Source: an uncultured Gammaproteobacteria bacterium
GTDB lineage: Bacteria; Patescibacteriota; Microgenomatia; UBA8517
Length of the DNA: 64,000 bases
Direction: 5' to 3'
Assembly (NCBI GenBank): GCA_964506225.1
Contig: CAZDKH010000010.1
Coordinates: forward strand, 23,019 to 87,018
Below the pieces are notes generated by a model. It saw only the letters and a program-made list of their open reading frames with translations. It was not told the origin of the DNA and did not search any database. Each line of letters opens with the position of its first letter. Within the stretch, counting starts at the first letter, position 1. Below, piece by piece: positions 44,407 to 53,595 of this stretch. The translations under genes and the position numbers were made by a program.

Positions 44407-45716
44407 GGTTCAAAAATAAAAATGTAGCTTTAATAGGATTGGGAATTGAAGGCAAAGATGCACTGAAGTTTTTACTTGGGGAAGGTGCTTTTATTACAGT
44501 TTTTGATCAAAAAGAAAAAAGTGAGCTAGATCTGACAGGTTTAATGATAAAAAAAATAAAATTTATCTGTGGCAAGAACTATTTAGACGGCGATTTTTCG
44601 AATTTTGATTATATTGTCCGATCTCCGGGAGTTTATCCATATAAGCCCGCCCTCCTCAAAGCCAAAAAGGAGGGAGTACTCATAACCAGCCCGATAAAGA
44701 TTTTTTTCGAAAGATGTGCCGGAAAGATAATTGGAGTTACCGGTACCAAAGGAAAGGGAACAACAAGTAGCCTGATCTATGAAATTTTAAGAAAAGTTCA
44801 AAAAGAAGTTTTTTTGGCCGGCAATATTGGAATTCCCTACTTATCTTTATTAAAAAAGATTACTAAGAATTCTTGGGTGGTGATGGAACTTTCTTCATTT
44901 CAGCTTATTGACTTAAGAAAAAGTCCTCATATCGCGGTTGTCTTGAATATTACAAAGGACCATCTTGATTGGCACAAGGATATTAAAGAATATGTGAATG
45001 CCAAAAAAAATATTGTTCGATATCAGAATGAGAAGGATTTTGCCGTTATCAATTCCGATTACAAGGTTTCGAAAGGTTTTGGGAAAGTAGCAAAAGGAAA
45101 AGTAATCTATTTTTCCGGCAAAGATGTTTTAAAGTTTTATAACACTAAAAAGTTTTTACTTCTTGGAAAACACAACTGGGAAAATATAGCTGCTGCAACT
45201 GCGGTTTCCCGGGTCTTGGGAATAGGAAGAAAAATAGTCCAAAAGGTTGTTTATAACTTTAAGGGATTGGAACACAGATTGGAGTTTGTTGGAAAAGGTA
45301 GGGGTGTCTCTTTTTATAATGATTCGTTTTCAACTAATCCACAACCTTCAATTGCTGCTGTTAATTCCTTTAACGCACCTATCACAATCATCTTGGGGGG
45401 CTATGACAAGGGATTAGATTATACAGAATTAGGAGAAGTGATTAGTAAAAAGAAAAATGTTGGTTGTGTTGTTTTGATTGGGGACACAGCTCGAAAAATA
45501 AAAGAGGCTCTTTTTTATGCAAAGTACAATGGTAAAATTATTGAGCTTGGAAAACCCCCTACGAGAGAAATTGTGAAAGTGGCTTTTAAAAATACTCCCA
45601 AAGATGGAGTAGTTGTTTTTTCTCCTGCCTCAGCTTCTTTTGATATGTTTGATGATTATAAACAAAGAGGAAAAATCTTCAAAAAGGAAGTTTTGAATTT
45701 CCTAAAAAATCACTAA
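44403..45716 (+). CDS. murD: UDP-N-acetylmuramoylalanine--D-glutamate ligase
   Basis: 'GVTGTKGKGTTSSL' and 'GLEHRLEFV'. The start is an ATGA overlap. Confidence 0.9.
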   Translation: MRFKNKNVALIGLGIEGKDALKFLLGEGAFITVFDQKEKSELDLTGLMIKKIKFICGKNYLDGDFSNFDYIVRSPGVYPYKPALLKAKKEGVLITSPIKIFFERCAGKIIGVTGTKGKGTTSSLIYEILRKVQKEVFLAGNIGIPYLSLLKKITKNSWVVMELSSFQLIDLRKSPHIAVVLNITKDHLDWHKDIKEYVNAKKNIVRYQNEKDFAVINSDYKVSKGFGKVAKGKVIYFSGKDVLKFYNTKKFLLLGKHNWENIAAATAVSRVLGIGRKIVQKVVYNFKGLEHRLEFVGKGRGVSFYNDSFSTNPQPSIAAVNSFNAPITIILGGYDKGLDYTELGEVISKKKNVGCVVLIGDTARKIKEALFYAKYNGKIIELGKPPTREIVKVAFKNTPKDGVVVFSPASASFDMFDDYKQRGKIFKKEVLNFLKNH

Positions 45717-45747
45717 AAATGGGCTTTAGAATAAGATATTTTTAAGT

Positions 45748-47001
45748 ATGTGGTTGATAAAAAAGATAATTCGCTGGTGGCTAGGAGGAAGTAATTTTCC
45801 TATGGTTCATGTTGAAAAATTTTTGGCCTATAAACCAGAAAACATTTTTGTCTTCCTTGGTAGTTTAATTAAAAATTTGGTTTATCACCCGCTTCGACGC
45901 AGATTAGCTAAATATTATTTACTTTTTCTAAAAAAAGTCTTTGGTCTTAAAATAGTGGCAATAACCGGAAGTGCCGGAAAAACTTCAACCAAAGAGATGA
46001 TTTATAGTATTCTTTCTTTGTCTGGGAAAACACAAAAAACCTACAAAAATATTGATCCCATTTACAACATTCCCTCTACAATACTTTCCACAAGTCCCTA
46101 TACAAAATATCTGATTTTGGAAATGAGTGTGGAGTATCCTGGAGAAATGGATTTTTATCTCTGGCTAGCTAAACCTGACATTGCTGTTATAACCAATATT
46201 TATCCTACTCATTTGGAGTTTCTTAAATCAGTTGAAGGAGTCAGTAAGGAAAAATCCAAGCTAATTAAGTGTTTGACCCCTACTGACTGGGCAGTTTTGA
46301 ATTCAGAGAACTCTTTCACTAGAAGCTTTAAAAATTATACACGGGCCAAGGTGGTTTATTATGGGGATAAGGGGTTCATTAAGGCTAAAAAAATATCCTA
46401 CACCAAAGATATGAAGACAAAATTTACCCTTTATGTGGGAAAGGATAAAAAAGTTGTTCGATTACCAATGCTGGGTAGACAATATGTTTCAAATGCTCTT
46501 GCTGCTGCAGGTGTTTGTCATCTTCTTGGTTCTTCGCTTGAGGATATTAAAAGAGGTTTAGAAAATCTTATTCCACCTGAACACAGAATGACTCCAGTTT
46601 TACTCAAAAGCGGTACAGTCGTATTTGATGATAGCTACAATAACAATCCAGAGGCGGCTAAAATTGCCTTAAATCTTTTTTCAGCTCTTTCAAAAGGAAA
46701 AAAGAAGATAGTGGTTATGGGGGAGATGAGAGAACTGGGTGGTTTTGAAGAGAAATATCATAGGGAAATCGGAAAGACTATCGGAAATTTGAAGTTAGAT
46801 TTATTTATTGGAATTGGATTAGCTATGAAATATTCTGTCCAAGAAGCCTCAAAAAGAATTTCTCCAGAAAAAATAATTTGGTTAAAAACCTGGGAAGGTG
46901 CCTATAGATACCTCAAGAAATATCTCAAAAAAGATACTTACATCTTAATTAAAGGATCACGCTCATTGAACCTAGACTGTCTTGTTTCAAAGTTGTCATG
47001 A
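45748..47001 (+). CDS. murF: UDP-MurNAc-tripeptide--D-Ala-D-Ala ligase MurF (short/atypical N-terminal domain)
   Basis: 'AITGSAGKTSTKEM' and 'DDSYNNNPEAAKIAL'. Confidence 0.85.
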   Translation: MWLIKKIIRWWLGGSNFPMVHVEKFLAYKPENIFVFLGSLIKNLVYHPLRRRLAKYYLLFLKKVFGLKIVAITGSAGKTSTKEMIYSILSLSGKTQKTYKNIDPIYNIPSTILSTSPYTKYLILEMSVEYPGEMDFYLWLAKPDIAVITNIYPTHLEFLKSVEGVSKEKSKLIKCLTPTDWAVLNSENSFTRSFKNYTRAKVVYYGDKGFIKAKKISYTKDMKTKFTLYVGKDKKVVRLPMLGRQYVSNALAAAGVCHLLGSSLEDIKRGLENLIPPEHRMTPVLLKSGTVVFDDSYNNNPEAAKIALNLFSALSKGKKKIVVMGEMRELGGFEEKYHREIGKTIGNLKLDLFIGIGLAMKYSVQEASKRISPEKIIWLKTWEGAYRYLKKYLKKDTYILIKGSRSLNLDCLVSKLS

Positions 47002-47022
47002 GCCTCTTTTCTGGGCTATAAT
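46993..47022 (+). promoter_or_regulatory. Candidate internal promoter TTGTCA-18-TATAAT upstream of mraY
   Basis: TTGTCA at 46993-46998 (inside the end of murF) and an exact TATAAT at 47017-47022. ATG is at 47038. Confidence 0.4.
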
Positions 47023-47037
47023 AACTTTGTTTAGTAT

Positions 47038-48090
47038 ATGAATTCGCCAAACATCCTGCCCTTGGCTTTAGGACTTGTGATTTTTTCATTTCTAATAAAC
47101 AGCGTTCTTATTGTGCCTTTTATAGATTTACTTTATCGATTTAAAATGCTTCGCAGAAAAGAAGGTGCAGGAAAGGGTAAAGTTTCTTTATTTGATAAAC
47201 TTCACGATAAAAAAGCTGGAACACCTACTGGTGGTGGTATTTTAATCATTGCTTCTGTTGTGATTTTGTTTCTTTTTGTTTTTCCGCTTGTCTCGAGGCT
47301 TGGAGTTTATATAAAAAGTGCCCATGATCTTAGAAATGAATTGCTTATAATTTTTTTTACGTTTATATCATTTGGAATTTTGGGTTTATTCGACGACCTA
47401 ATTAAGATATTTGGTAAACCCCGTCAAGGGAGGATGGGTTTTTGGTATGGTCTTGGAAGGTGGCAAAAATTTGCTCTCCAGTTTTTTTTGGCAATAATTA
47501 TAGCTACGTGGTTATACCGTGGTCTTGGAATTCATATTCTTCATATACCCTTTTTTGTTGATGTTTTGGACCTTGGGGTTTTTTATATACCCTTTGCAGC
47601 CTTTATAATAGTTTTTTTCACAAATGCTTTTAATTTCACAGATGGCCTGGATGGCCTTTCATCGGGACTTTTATTAATTTACCTTTTTGCATTTATTATT
47701 ACTGTAGGAGCCATAGATACCCCCCTGGCTATATTTATTACCCTGTGGATTGGAGCGCTTATTGCGTTTTTATACTTCAATATTTGGCCGGCGAGAATCT
47801 TTCTAGGCGATGCCGGAGCATTGTCTTTTGGATCAATGATTGCAGTTATCGGTCTTTTAACGGGTAATGTTGCAGCGCTTTTTGTAATAGGAGGTATTTT
47901 CGTTATAGAAGCAGCTTCTTCCCTAATTCAGATAATTGGTTGGAGGTTATTTAACAGGCCAATTTTTCCCCTTGCCCCAATTCACCACGCTTTTTTGGCA
48001 ATAGGTTGGGAGGAACCAAAAATTGTGATGAGAGCTTGGCTTGCTGGAATAATGTTTGCGATTGTTGGTCTTTGGTTGGCAACCATGTAA
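47038..48090 (+). CDS. mraY: Phospho-N-acetylmuramoyl-pentapeptide transferase
   Basis: 'GTPTGGGIL', 'FDDLIKI', 'TNAFNFTDGLDGL' and 'PIHHAF'. Confidence 0.95.
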   Translation: MNSPNILPLALGLVIFSFLINSVLIVPFIDLLYRFKMLRRKEGAGKGKVSLFDKLHDKKAGTPTGGGILIIASVVILFLFVFPLVSRLGVYIKSAHDLRNELLIIFFTFISFGILGLFDDLIKIFGKPRQGRMGFWYGLGRWQKFALQFFLAIIIATWLYRGLGIHILHIPFFVDVLDLGVFYIPFAAFIIVFFTNAFNFTDGLDGLSSGLLLIYLFAFIITVGAIDTPLAIFITLWIGALIAFLYFNIWPARIFLGDAGALSFGSMIAVIGLLTGNVAALFVIGGIFVIEAASSLIQIIGWRLFNRPIFPLAPIHHAFLAIGWEEPKIVMRAWLAGIMFAIVGLWLATM

Positions 48091-48117
48091 TAGCAAAAAG
48101 CTCTAGAAAATATTGGA

Positions 48118-49266
48118 GTGTTTTTATTCAAATTCAAAAAGCCAAGAAGAAAAATTTATACCCCAATATCAAGGCGTGGACTACGTTTGAGTACTAAGAA
48201 AAAAGGTTTGGTAGATAAGGGATTATTATTTACAAGTTTAATGCTAACCATCTTGGGGTTTGTTGCCATTGCAGACGCTTCGGCACCGTTGGCGCTTTCT
48301 GTTTTTTCCGACAGTCTCTATTTTGTTAAACAACAGATTCTTTGGGGTATCTTGGGTTTTATTTTATTGATTGTTTCAAGCATGCTCCCTTACAATTTTT
48401 GGAAAAAAATAGCTCTCCCCCTTTTTGTACTAAGCGTGATACTTTTAATCCTTGTGCTTTTTCCTGCATTTGGCTCCAAGGTCTTGGGTGCGCGCCGTTG
48501 GTTAAACTTGGGATTGGTATCCTTCCAGCCCTCTGAATTTGTCAAATTAACTCTGGCTATTTATTTGGCTTATCTTTTGGAGAAGAAAAAGGCTTTTTGG
48601 ATAAATCTTATTCCGATAATTTTAGTCTCAGGACTTATTATGCTTCAACCCGATTTGGGCACAACGATTATTATTATTTTGATAGGTTTTTCACAGCTAT
48701 TTGTATCAGGAATAAATATTTTATGGCTAGCTGGTCTTGGGCTATTGACGACTCTATCTGGTTTTTTACTTATACACTTTTCAGAATACCGAAGAGAAAG
48801 AGTGCTTAGTTTTATTAAATCTATAAGTGACCCCCTAGGTTCTTCTTATCATATTCGCCAGATTCTTTTAGCTTTAGGCTCTGGAGGAATTACGGGAGTT
48901 GGCTTAGGTCAGTCTAGACAAAAATTTTTATTTCTTCCAGAGGTGGCAACAGACAGTGTTTTTGCAATTATTAGCGAAGAGATAGGTTTTATAGGTGCTT
49001 CGGTTATAATAATAGGATTTTTCTTTCTTACTTATAAAATGTATAAAATTGCCTTAAAGACTACTGACCCATTTTCTAGATATTTAGCTACAGCCATAAC
49101 TGCCTGGATTGGGGGACAAGTTTTTTTGAATATCGGATCAATGGTTGCTTTAGTGCCTTTAACTGGTATCCCGCTTCCTTTTTTTTCATACGGAGGTTCA
49201 AGTTTGGTTATGATTTTAGTGGCTATTGGAATTCTAATCAATATCTCAAAACATGCAAAAGAGTGA
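48118..49266 (+). CDS. ftsW: SEDS-family peptidoglycan glycosyltransferase FtsW
   Basis: 'RRWLNLGLVSFQPSEFVK', 'LPEVATDSVFAIISEEIGF' and 'GIPLPFFSYGGSS'. Called FtsW from its position in the dcw cluster. Confidence 0.9.
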   Translation: MFLFKFKKPRRKIYTPISRRGLRLSTKKKGLVDKGLLFTSLMLTILGFVAIADASAPLALSVFSDSLYFVKQQILWGILGFILLIVSSMLPYNFWKKIALPLFVLSVILLILVLFPAFGSKVLGARRWLNLGLVSFQPSEFVKLTLAIYLAYLLEKKKAFWINLIPIILVSGLIMLQPDLGTTIIIILIGFSQLFVSGINILWLAGLGLLTTLSGFLLIHFSEYRRERVLSFIKSISDPLGSSYHIRQILLALGSGGITGVGLGQSRQKFLFLPEVATDSVFAIISEEIGFIGASVIIIGFFFLTYKMYKIALKTTDPFSRYLATAITAWIGGQVFLNIGSMVALVPLTGIPLPFFSYGGSSLVMILVAIGILINISKHAKE

Positions 49267-50377
49267 TAAAAGACATATCAAAATCGTTTTAACTGGGGGA
49301 CATGCAGCCACCTCTGCCTTGTCTGTGGTTGAAGAGTTTCTTAGACAAAGTGATAATTATTTTTGGGAAATTTTTTGGATAGGAGCAGCTAGCGCTTTTG
49401 AAGGCCATAAGGTTTTACCTCTAGAACAGCGCGTCTTGCCGCGTCTGGGTATAACCAGTTATAAAATAGTATCTGGAAGAGTTCAAAGAAAGTGGAGTAG
49501 GTACACCATACCCTCGGTTTTGAAAATTCCTCTAGGTTTTTTTCACGCACTTTTTTTACTGATTAAAATTCGTCCTCGGATTATTCTTTCCTTTGGAGGA
49601 TTTGCAGCTTTTCCTGTTGTGTTGGGAGGATATCTATTAAGAATTCCGGTAGTTATTCACGAACAGACTGTAGCAATAGGCCTGGCCAATAGAGTTTCTT
49701 CTTTCTTCGCCACCAAAATAGCCATCTCGCGAAGGGAAAGTGAGAAATTTTTTCCTTCCTCAAAGGTTAAGCTTATTGGTTTGCCGCTTATGTCATCAAT
49801 TTTCGAAATATTTCCAAAAAAAAACCACGGAGTGCCACCGACTATTTACATAACAGGAGGCTCGCGTGGTGCTGCCAAGATTAACAAGGTTGTTGATGAG
49901 ATTCTTGAGCAACTCTTAAAAAAATATATCATAATCCATCAATGTGGTAATCTTGAGTATGCCTATTTTTTGAGAAGGAAGAGGAATCTTTCTCCGGAAC
50001 TTTCTCGAAGATACGAAGTTTATGATTTCATAGACCCAGCTGATGTGGCTTCTGTTTATCGTAGAGCGGATATTCTAATTTCGCGTGCAGGAGCCCATAC
50101 TGTTGCAGAAATCATGGCAACAGCCCGACCTTCAGTTTTGATACCCATCTCTTGGTCAAGATACGATGAGCAATTACAAAATGCCCGCTTAGCCCAAAAA
50201 AGCGGCTTGGCGGTAGTAATAACGGAGGATAAGCTTTCCCCAGGTATACTTTTGCAAAAGATTGAAGAGATTTTAAAAAATTGGACTTTTATGGTCTCAG
50301 GCTCCAAAAACACTTACTCTAAACTTGATCGTCTAGCTTCCGGCAAGCTGGTGGAATTAATAAAATCTTGCTTGTGA
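49253..50377 (+). CDS. murG: UDP-GlcNAc:lipid I N-acetylglucosaminyltransferase MurG
   Basis: 'ISRAGAHTVAEIMATARPSVLIP' and 'DEQLQNARLAQKSGLAVVI'. Confidence 0.9.
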   Translation: MQKSDKRHIKIVLTGGHAATSALSVVEEFLRQSDNYFWEIFWIGAASAFEGHKVLPLEQRVLPRLGITSYKIVSGRVQRKWSRYTIPSVLKIPLGFFHALFLLIKIRPRIILSFGGFAAFPVVLGGYLLRIPVVIHEQTVAIGLANRVSSFFATKIAISRRESEKFFPSSKVKLIGLPLMSSIFEIFPKKNHGVPPTIYITGGSRGAAKINKVVDEILEQLLKKYIIIHQCGNLEYAYFLRRKRNLSPELSRRYEVYDFIDPADVASVYRRADILISRAGAHTVAEIMATARPSVLIPISWSRYDEQLQNARLAQKSGLAVVITEDKLSPGILLQKIEEILKNWTFMVSGSKNTYSKLDRLASGKLVELIKSCL

Positions 50378-50387
50378 TTTTAGAGTC

Positions 50388-51089
50388 ATGAAGAGGTTTT
50401 TATTATTTATGGGGATTTTGAGTTCTTTTTTATTAATCTTAGTTGTTGAGCGAATAATTCCAATTAGAACAATTGTTTGCAAGAGTCAATTTGGACCTTG
50501 TTCAGATTTTTTAAATTCTGCTCTGGCTTCTATCCAGACGACAACTCTTAAGGAAACAAAAAGGGCGGTCAGGAATTTTTTAGATAGGCAGATAGGTGTT
50601 TTCGATTACCAGATTAAATTTTCATTACCTGATAAACTGGAAATTGATGTTATTGAAAGAAAAGGAATTGCTGCAATTAGGCAAAAAGATGGTAAATATC
50701 TGATTTTTGACTCCAAAGGGAAAATATATGCGCTTGTAGACAAAACTGCACTGCCTGTAATCGAAACTGCCGAGGGTTTACAATATGAGGAGAATCTCAA
50801 TCTGGGAGAGGAGGTATCTTTTGCTTTAGTATTTTCCGCAAGCCTTTTAGAAAAATTATATGAGCTTTACGCGGTGAAAAAGGGTTATTTTGAGAACGAT
50901 ACCTTGAAGGTTAGTCTTCCCAATGGAATAGAGGTTTATTTTCCCTCAAGTGGAGATATTTCTTATCTATTGGGGTCTCTAAGACTTATTCTTTCAGGGT
51001 TGAATCATTTTCAAGAAGATTCTAAAATTGAAAATGGAGGCAGGATAAGGTCGATTGATTTACGTTATCAAAATCCTGTAGTCAGATAG
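50388..51089 (+). CDS. ftsQ: FtsQ-like (POTRA-containing) division protein
   Basis: N-terminal TM helix followed by a POTRA-like region. It sits in the canonical slot before ftsA. Sequence similarity is weak. Confidence 0.6.
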   Translation: MKRFLLFMGILSSFLLILVVERIIPIRTIVCKSQFGPCSDFLNSALASIQTTTLKETKRAVRNFLDRQIGVFDYQIKFSLPDKLEIDVIERKGIAAIRQKDGKYLIFDSKGKIYALVDKTALPVIETAEGLQYEENLNLGEEVSFALVFSASLLEKLYELYAVKKGYFENDTLKVSLPNGIEVYFPSSGDISYLLGSLRLILSGLNHFQEDSKIENGGRIRSIDLRYQNPVVR

Positions 51090-51096
51090 TAAAAAA

Positions 51097-52362
51097 ATGG
51101 CCAAAGGAAAAATTACGGCAGCAATTGATATTGGTTCTTCGAAGATAACTGCAATTATCGCCCAAGGTGAAATAAACCCGGTGACATATGATTCTAGTAT
51201 TAATATTCTTGGTGCAGCCACTTCCGTGTCCAAAGGTGTGAAAAGAAGCCAGATAGTTGATATTGAAGAAGCTGTAGACGCTATTATTGAAGCGGTAGAG
51301 GCAGCGGAGCGAATGGCGGGATACAATTTAGATAGAGCATTTTTATCTGTAGGAGGCGCTCATATTGCTTCGCAAAATTCCACGGGGGTGGTGGCAATAT
51401 CAGATCCAGAAGGAGAAGTTTCCAGCGAGGATGTAGATCGAGTCATAGAAGCTGCCAAAGCAATATCCCTTCCCACTTCTCGGGAGGTTATTCATGTAAT
51501 TCCAAGAAGCTTTACGGTTGATGGCGAAGGCGGTATTAAAGACCCTGTAGGTATGTTTGGTGTGAGGCTTGAAGTGGATACCCATATTATTACCTCCTCA
51601 TCCGCAGCTTTAAAAAATCTTACAAAAGCTGTCAATGAAGTAGGAGTGGATATAGAAGATATAGTTTTTTCTGGTTATGCTTCAGCCCAGGCAGTTCTGA
51701 GTGAAACCGAAAAAGAATTGGGGTGTTTGCTTGTGGATATTGGTGGAGGAACTACTTCTTATTGTGCCTGGATAGATGGATCACTGGCTTATTCAGGCAC
51801 TATTCCAATAGGTGGTAAAAATGTGACCAATGATTTAGCCATTGGTCTTCGTATTTCTCTGGATACGGCCGAAAAAATTAAACTCACTCTCTCTACTGAC
51901 AAGAAATCTAAAGAAACCAAAACTGATCAAATAGATATATCAGAAACTGGCGCACTTGGAATTAAGAAAGTTTCAAAAAGAACTGTTATTGAAGGAATTA
52001 TTAGACCTCGATTAAATGAAATTTTTACCATGATAAGGCTTGATCTTGAGAAGGCTGGTCTTATTAATAAAATTCCCTCAGGCGCAATAATCACAGGCGG
52101 AGGAGCCTTAACCGTTGCCATAGAAGATGCAGCAAAAAGGATGCTTGTTTTGCCGGTTAGAATTGGAGTACCACATGGAGTTGGAGGTCTTGTGGATGAC
52201 ATTCTCACACCAGCATTTTCTACGGCTATAGGTCTTATTCTGTATGGAAACACTCCCTCTGGGCGACATAGCAGCTTGCCGGCTTTTAGAGAAAGGTTTA
52301 AACTAGCATCAAAGGACTTGTTTGCTAATATTTTTAATAAAATTAGAGATCTTCTACCCTGA
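51097..52362 (+). CDS. ftsA: Cell division protein FtsA
   Basis: 'AAIDIGSSKITAII', 'VDIGGGTTSY', 'GAIITGGGA' and a C-terminal amphipathic tail. Confidence 0.95.
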   Translation: MAKGKITAAIDIGSSKITAIIAQGEINPVTYDSSINILGAATSVSKGVKRSQIVDIEEAVDAIIEAVEAAERMAGYNLDRAFLSVGGAHIASQNSTGVVAISDPEGEVSSEDVDRVIEAAKAISLPTSREVIHVIPRSFTVDGEGGIKDPVGMFGVRLEVDTHIITSSSAALKNLTKAVNEVGVDIEDIVFSGYASAQAVLSETEKELGCLLVDIGGGTTSYCAWIDGSLAYSGTIPIGGKNVTNDLAIGLRISLDTAEKIKLTLSTDKKSKETKTDQIDISETGALGIKKVSKRTVIEGIIRPRLNEIFTMIRLDLEKAGLINKIPSGAIITGGGALTVAIEDAAKRMLVLPVRIGVPHGVGGLVDDILTPAFSTAIGLILYGNTPSGRHSSLPAFRERFKLASKDLFANIFNKIRDLLP

Positions 52363-52375
52363 GTAAAAATCAGAT

Positions 52376-52404
52376 TTGCTTTTTTAGATTTTTAAAGATA
52401 GAAT
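52376..52404 (+). promoter_or_regulatory. Candidate promoter TTGCTT-17-TAGAAT upstream of ftsZ
   Basis: TTGCTT at 52376-52381 and TAGAAT at 52399-52404. ATG 52417 is 12 nt after the -10 box. Confidence 0.35.
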
Positions 52405-52416
52405 CTGCTCACATAT

Positions 52417-53577
52417 ATGGCTCTTGTTAAGCCGGATGAGGCAAGAATTGCAAAAATTAAAGTAATTGGTGTTGGGGGTGGTGGAGGAAATGCGGTTTCC
52501 TCTATGGTTGAATCTGGGCAAGTTTCTGGGGTAGAGTTTATTGCCATTAATACAGACGCCCAAGTGCTTCTCGCTAATCAAGCTCCCACGAAACTCCAGA
52601 TTGGAGAAAAATTGACAAAGGGACTGGGTGTTGGGGGAAATCCTGAAATTGGTCTGCAGGCGGCTGAGGAATCTGTAGAAAAGATAAAAGAACTTTTAGT
52701 TGACTCCGATATGGTTTTTATTACTGCGGGAATGGGAGGGGGGACAGGTACCGGAGCTTCACCTATAATTGCCAAGATAGCCAAAGAAAGCGGTGCCTTG
52801 ACAGTTGGTATTGTGACTAAACCTTTTAGTTTTGAAGGAGCAAGAAGGGCGGTGGTTGCTGAGGAGGGAATAGAAAAATTACGCGAAGAAGTTGATACAA
52901 TGATTGTTATACCAAATCAACGTCTTATGGACGTAATAGATAGAAAAATGACCCTTCTTGAGGCATTTAAAATAGCCGACAGCGTTTTGTCTCAAGCTGT
53001 TGGTGGAATAGCAGATATAATTACTACCCCTGGGCTTGTCAATGTTGATTTTGCTGATGTAAAAACGATTATGAAAGACGCCGGTACGGCGCTTTTGGGA
53101 ATAGGTACGGGAGTTGGGGAAAATCGTGCCCAAATGGCCGCCCGTGCGGCTGTTTCTTCTCCGCTTTTGGACCTTTCTATAGATGGAGCAAAGGGGATTT
53201 TATTTAATATCTCAGGGGGGCCAGATCTTACTATGTATGAAGTGGATGAGGCGGCTAGAATTATTTCCAATCAAGCAGATCCGGATGCCAATATAATCTT
53301 TGGAGCTGTTGTTAAGAATGAGTATAGTGACCAAATAAGAATAACCGTTGTGGCAACTGGATTTGACGAGACACAGGCCCGTATTTCACAGATGATGCAG
53401 GGAACTGTTAGCCAACTCCCGCAGTTGCCTGTCCAGGAGGAAAAAGAAGGGGTTGAGGAAAAGGATGAGTCTTCTGAGAAAGAGAAAGAAGAAGAGACAG
53501 AAGAACTTCCGCCCTCTCCAGATGAAGATTATGGAAAAGAGTATGACATACCCGCTTTTCTTCGTAAAATACACTAA
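52417..53577 (+). CDS. ftsZ: Cell division GTPase FtsZ
   Basis: '[14 protein letters not shown]', '[12 protein letters not shown]' (tubulin signature), an acidic linker and the C-terminal 'DIPAFLRK' peptide. Confidence 0.98.
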   Translation: MALVKPDEARIAKIKVIGVGGGGGNAVSSMVESGQVSGVEFIAINTDAQVLLANQAPTKLQIGEKLTKGLGVGGNPEIGLQAAEESVEKIKELLVDSDMVFITAGMGGGTGTGASPIIAKIAKESGALTVGIVTKPFSFEGARRAVVAEEGIEKLREEVDTMIVIPNQRLMDVIDRKMTLLEAFKIADSVLSQAVGGIADIITTPGLVNVDFADVKTIMKDAGTALLGIGTGVGENRAQMAARAAVSSPLLDLSIDGAKGILFNISGGPDLTMYEVDEAARIISNQADPDANIIFGAVVKNEYSDQIRITVVATGFDETQARISQMMQGTVSQLPQLPVQEEKEGVEEKDESSEKEKEEETEELPPSPDEDYGKEYDIPAFLRKIH

Positions 53578-53595
53578 AAATGTTAAACTAGAGTC

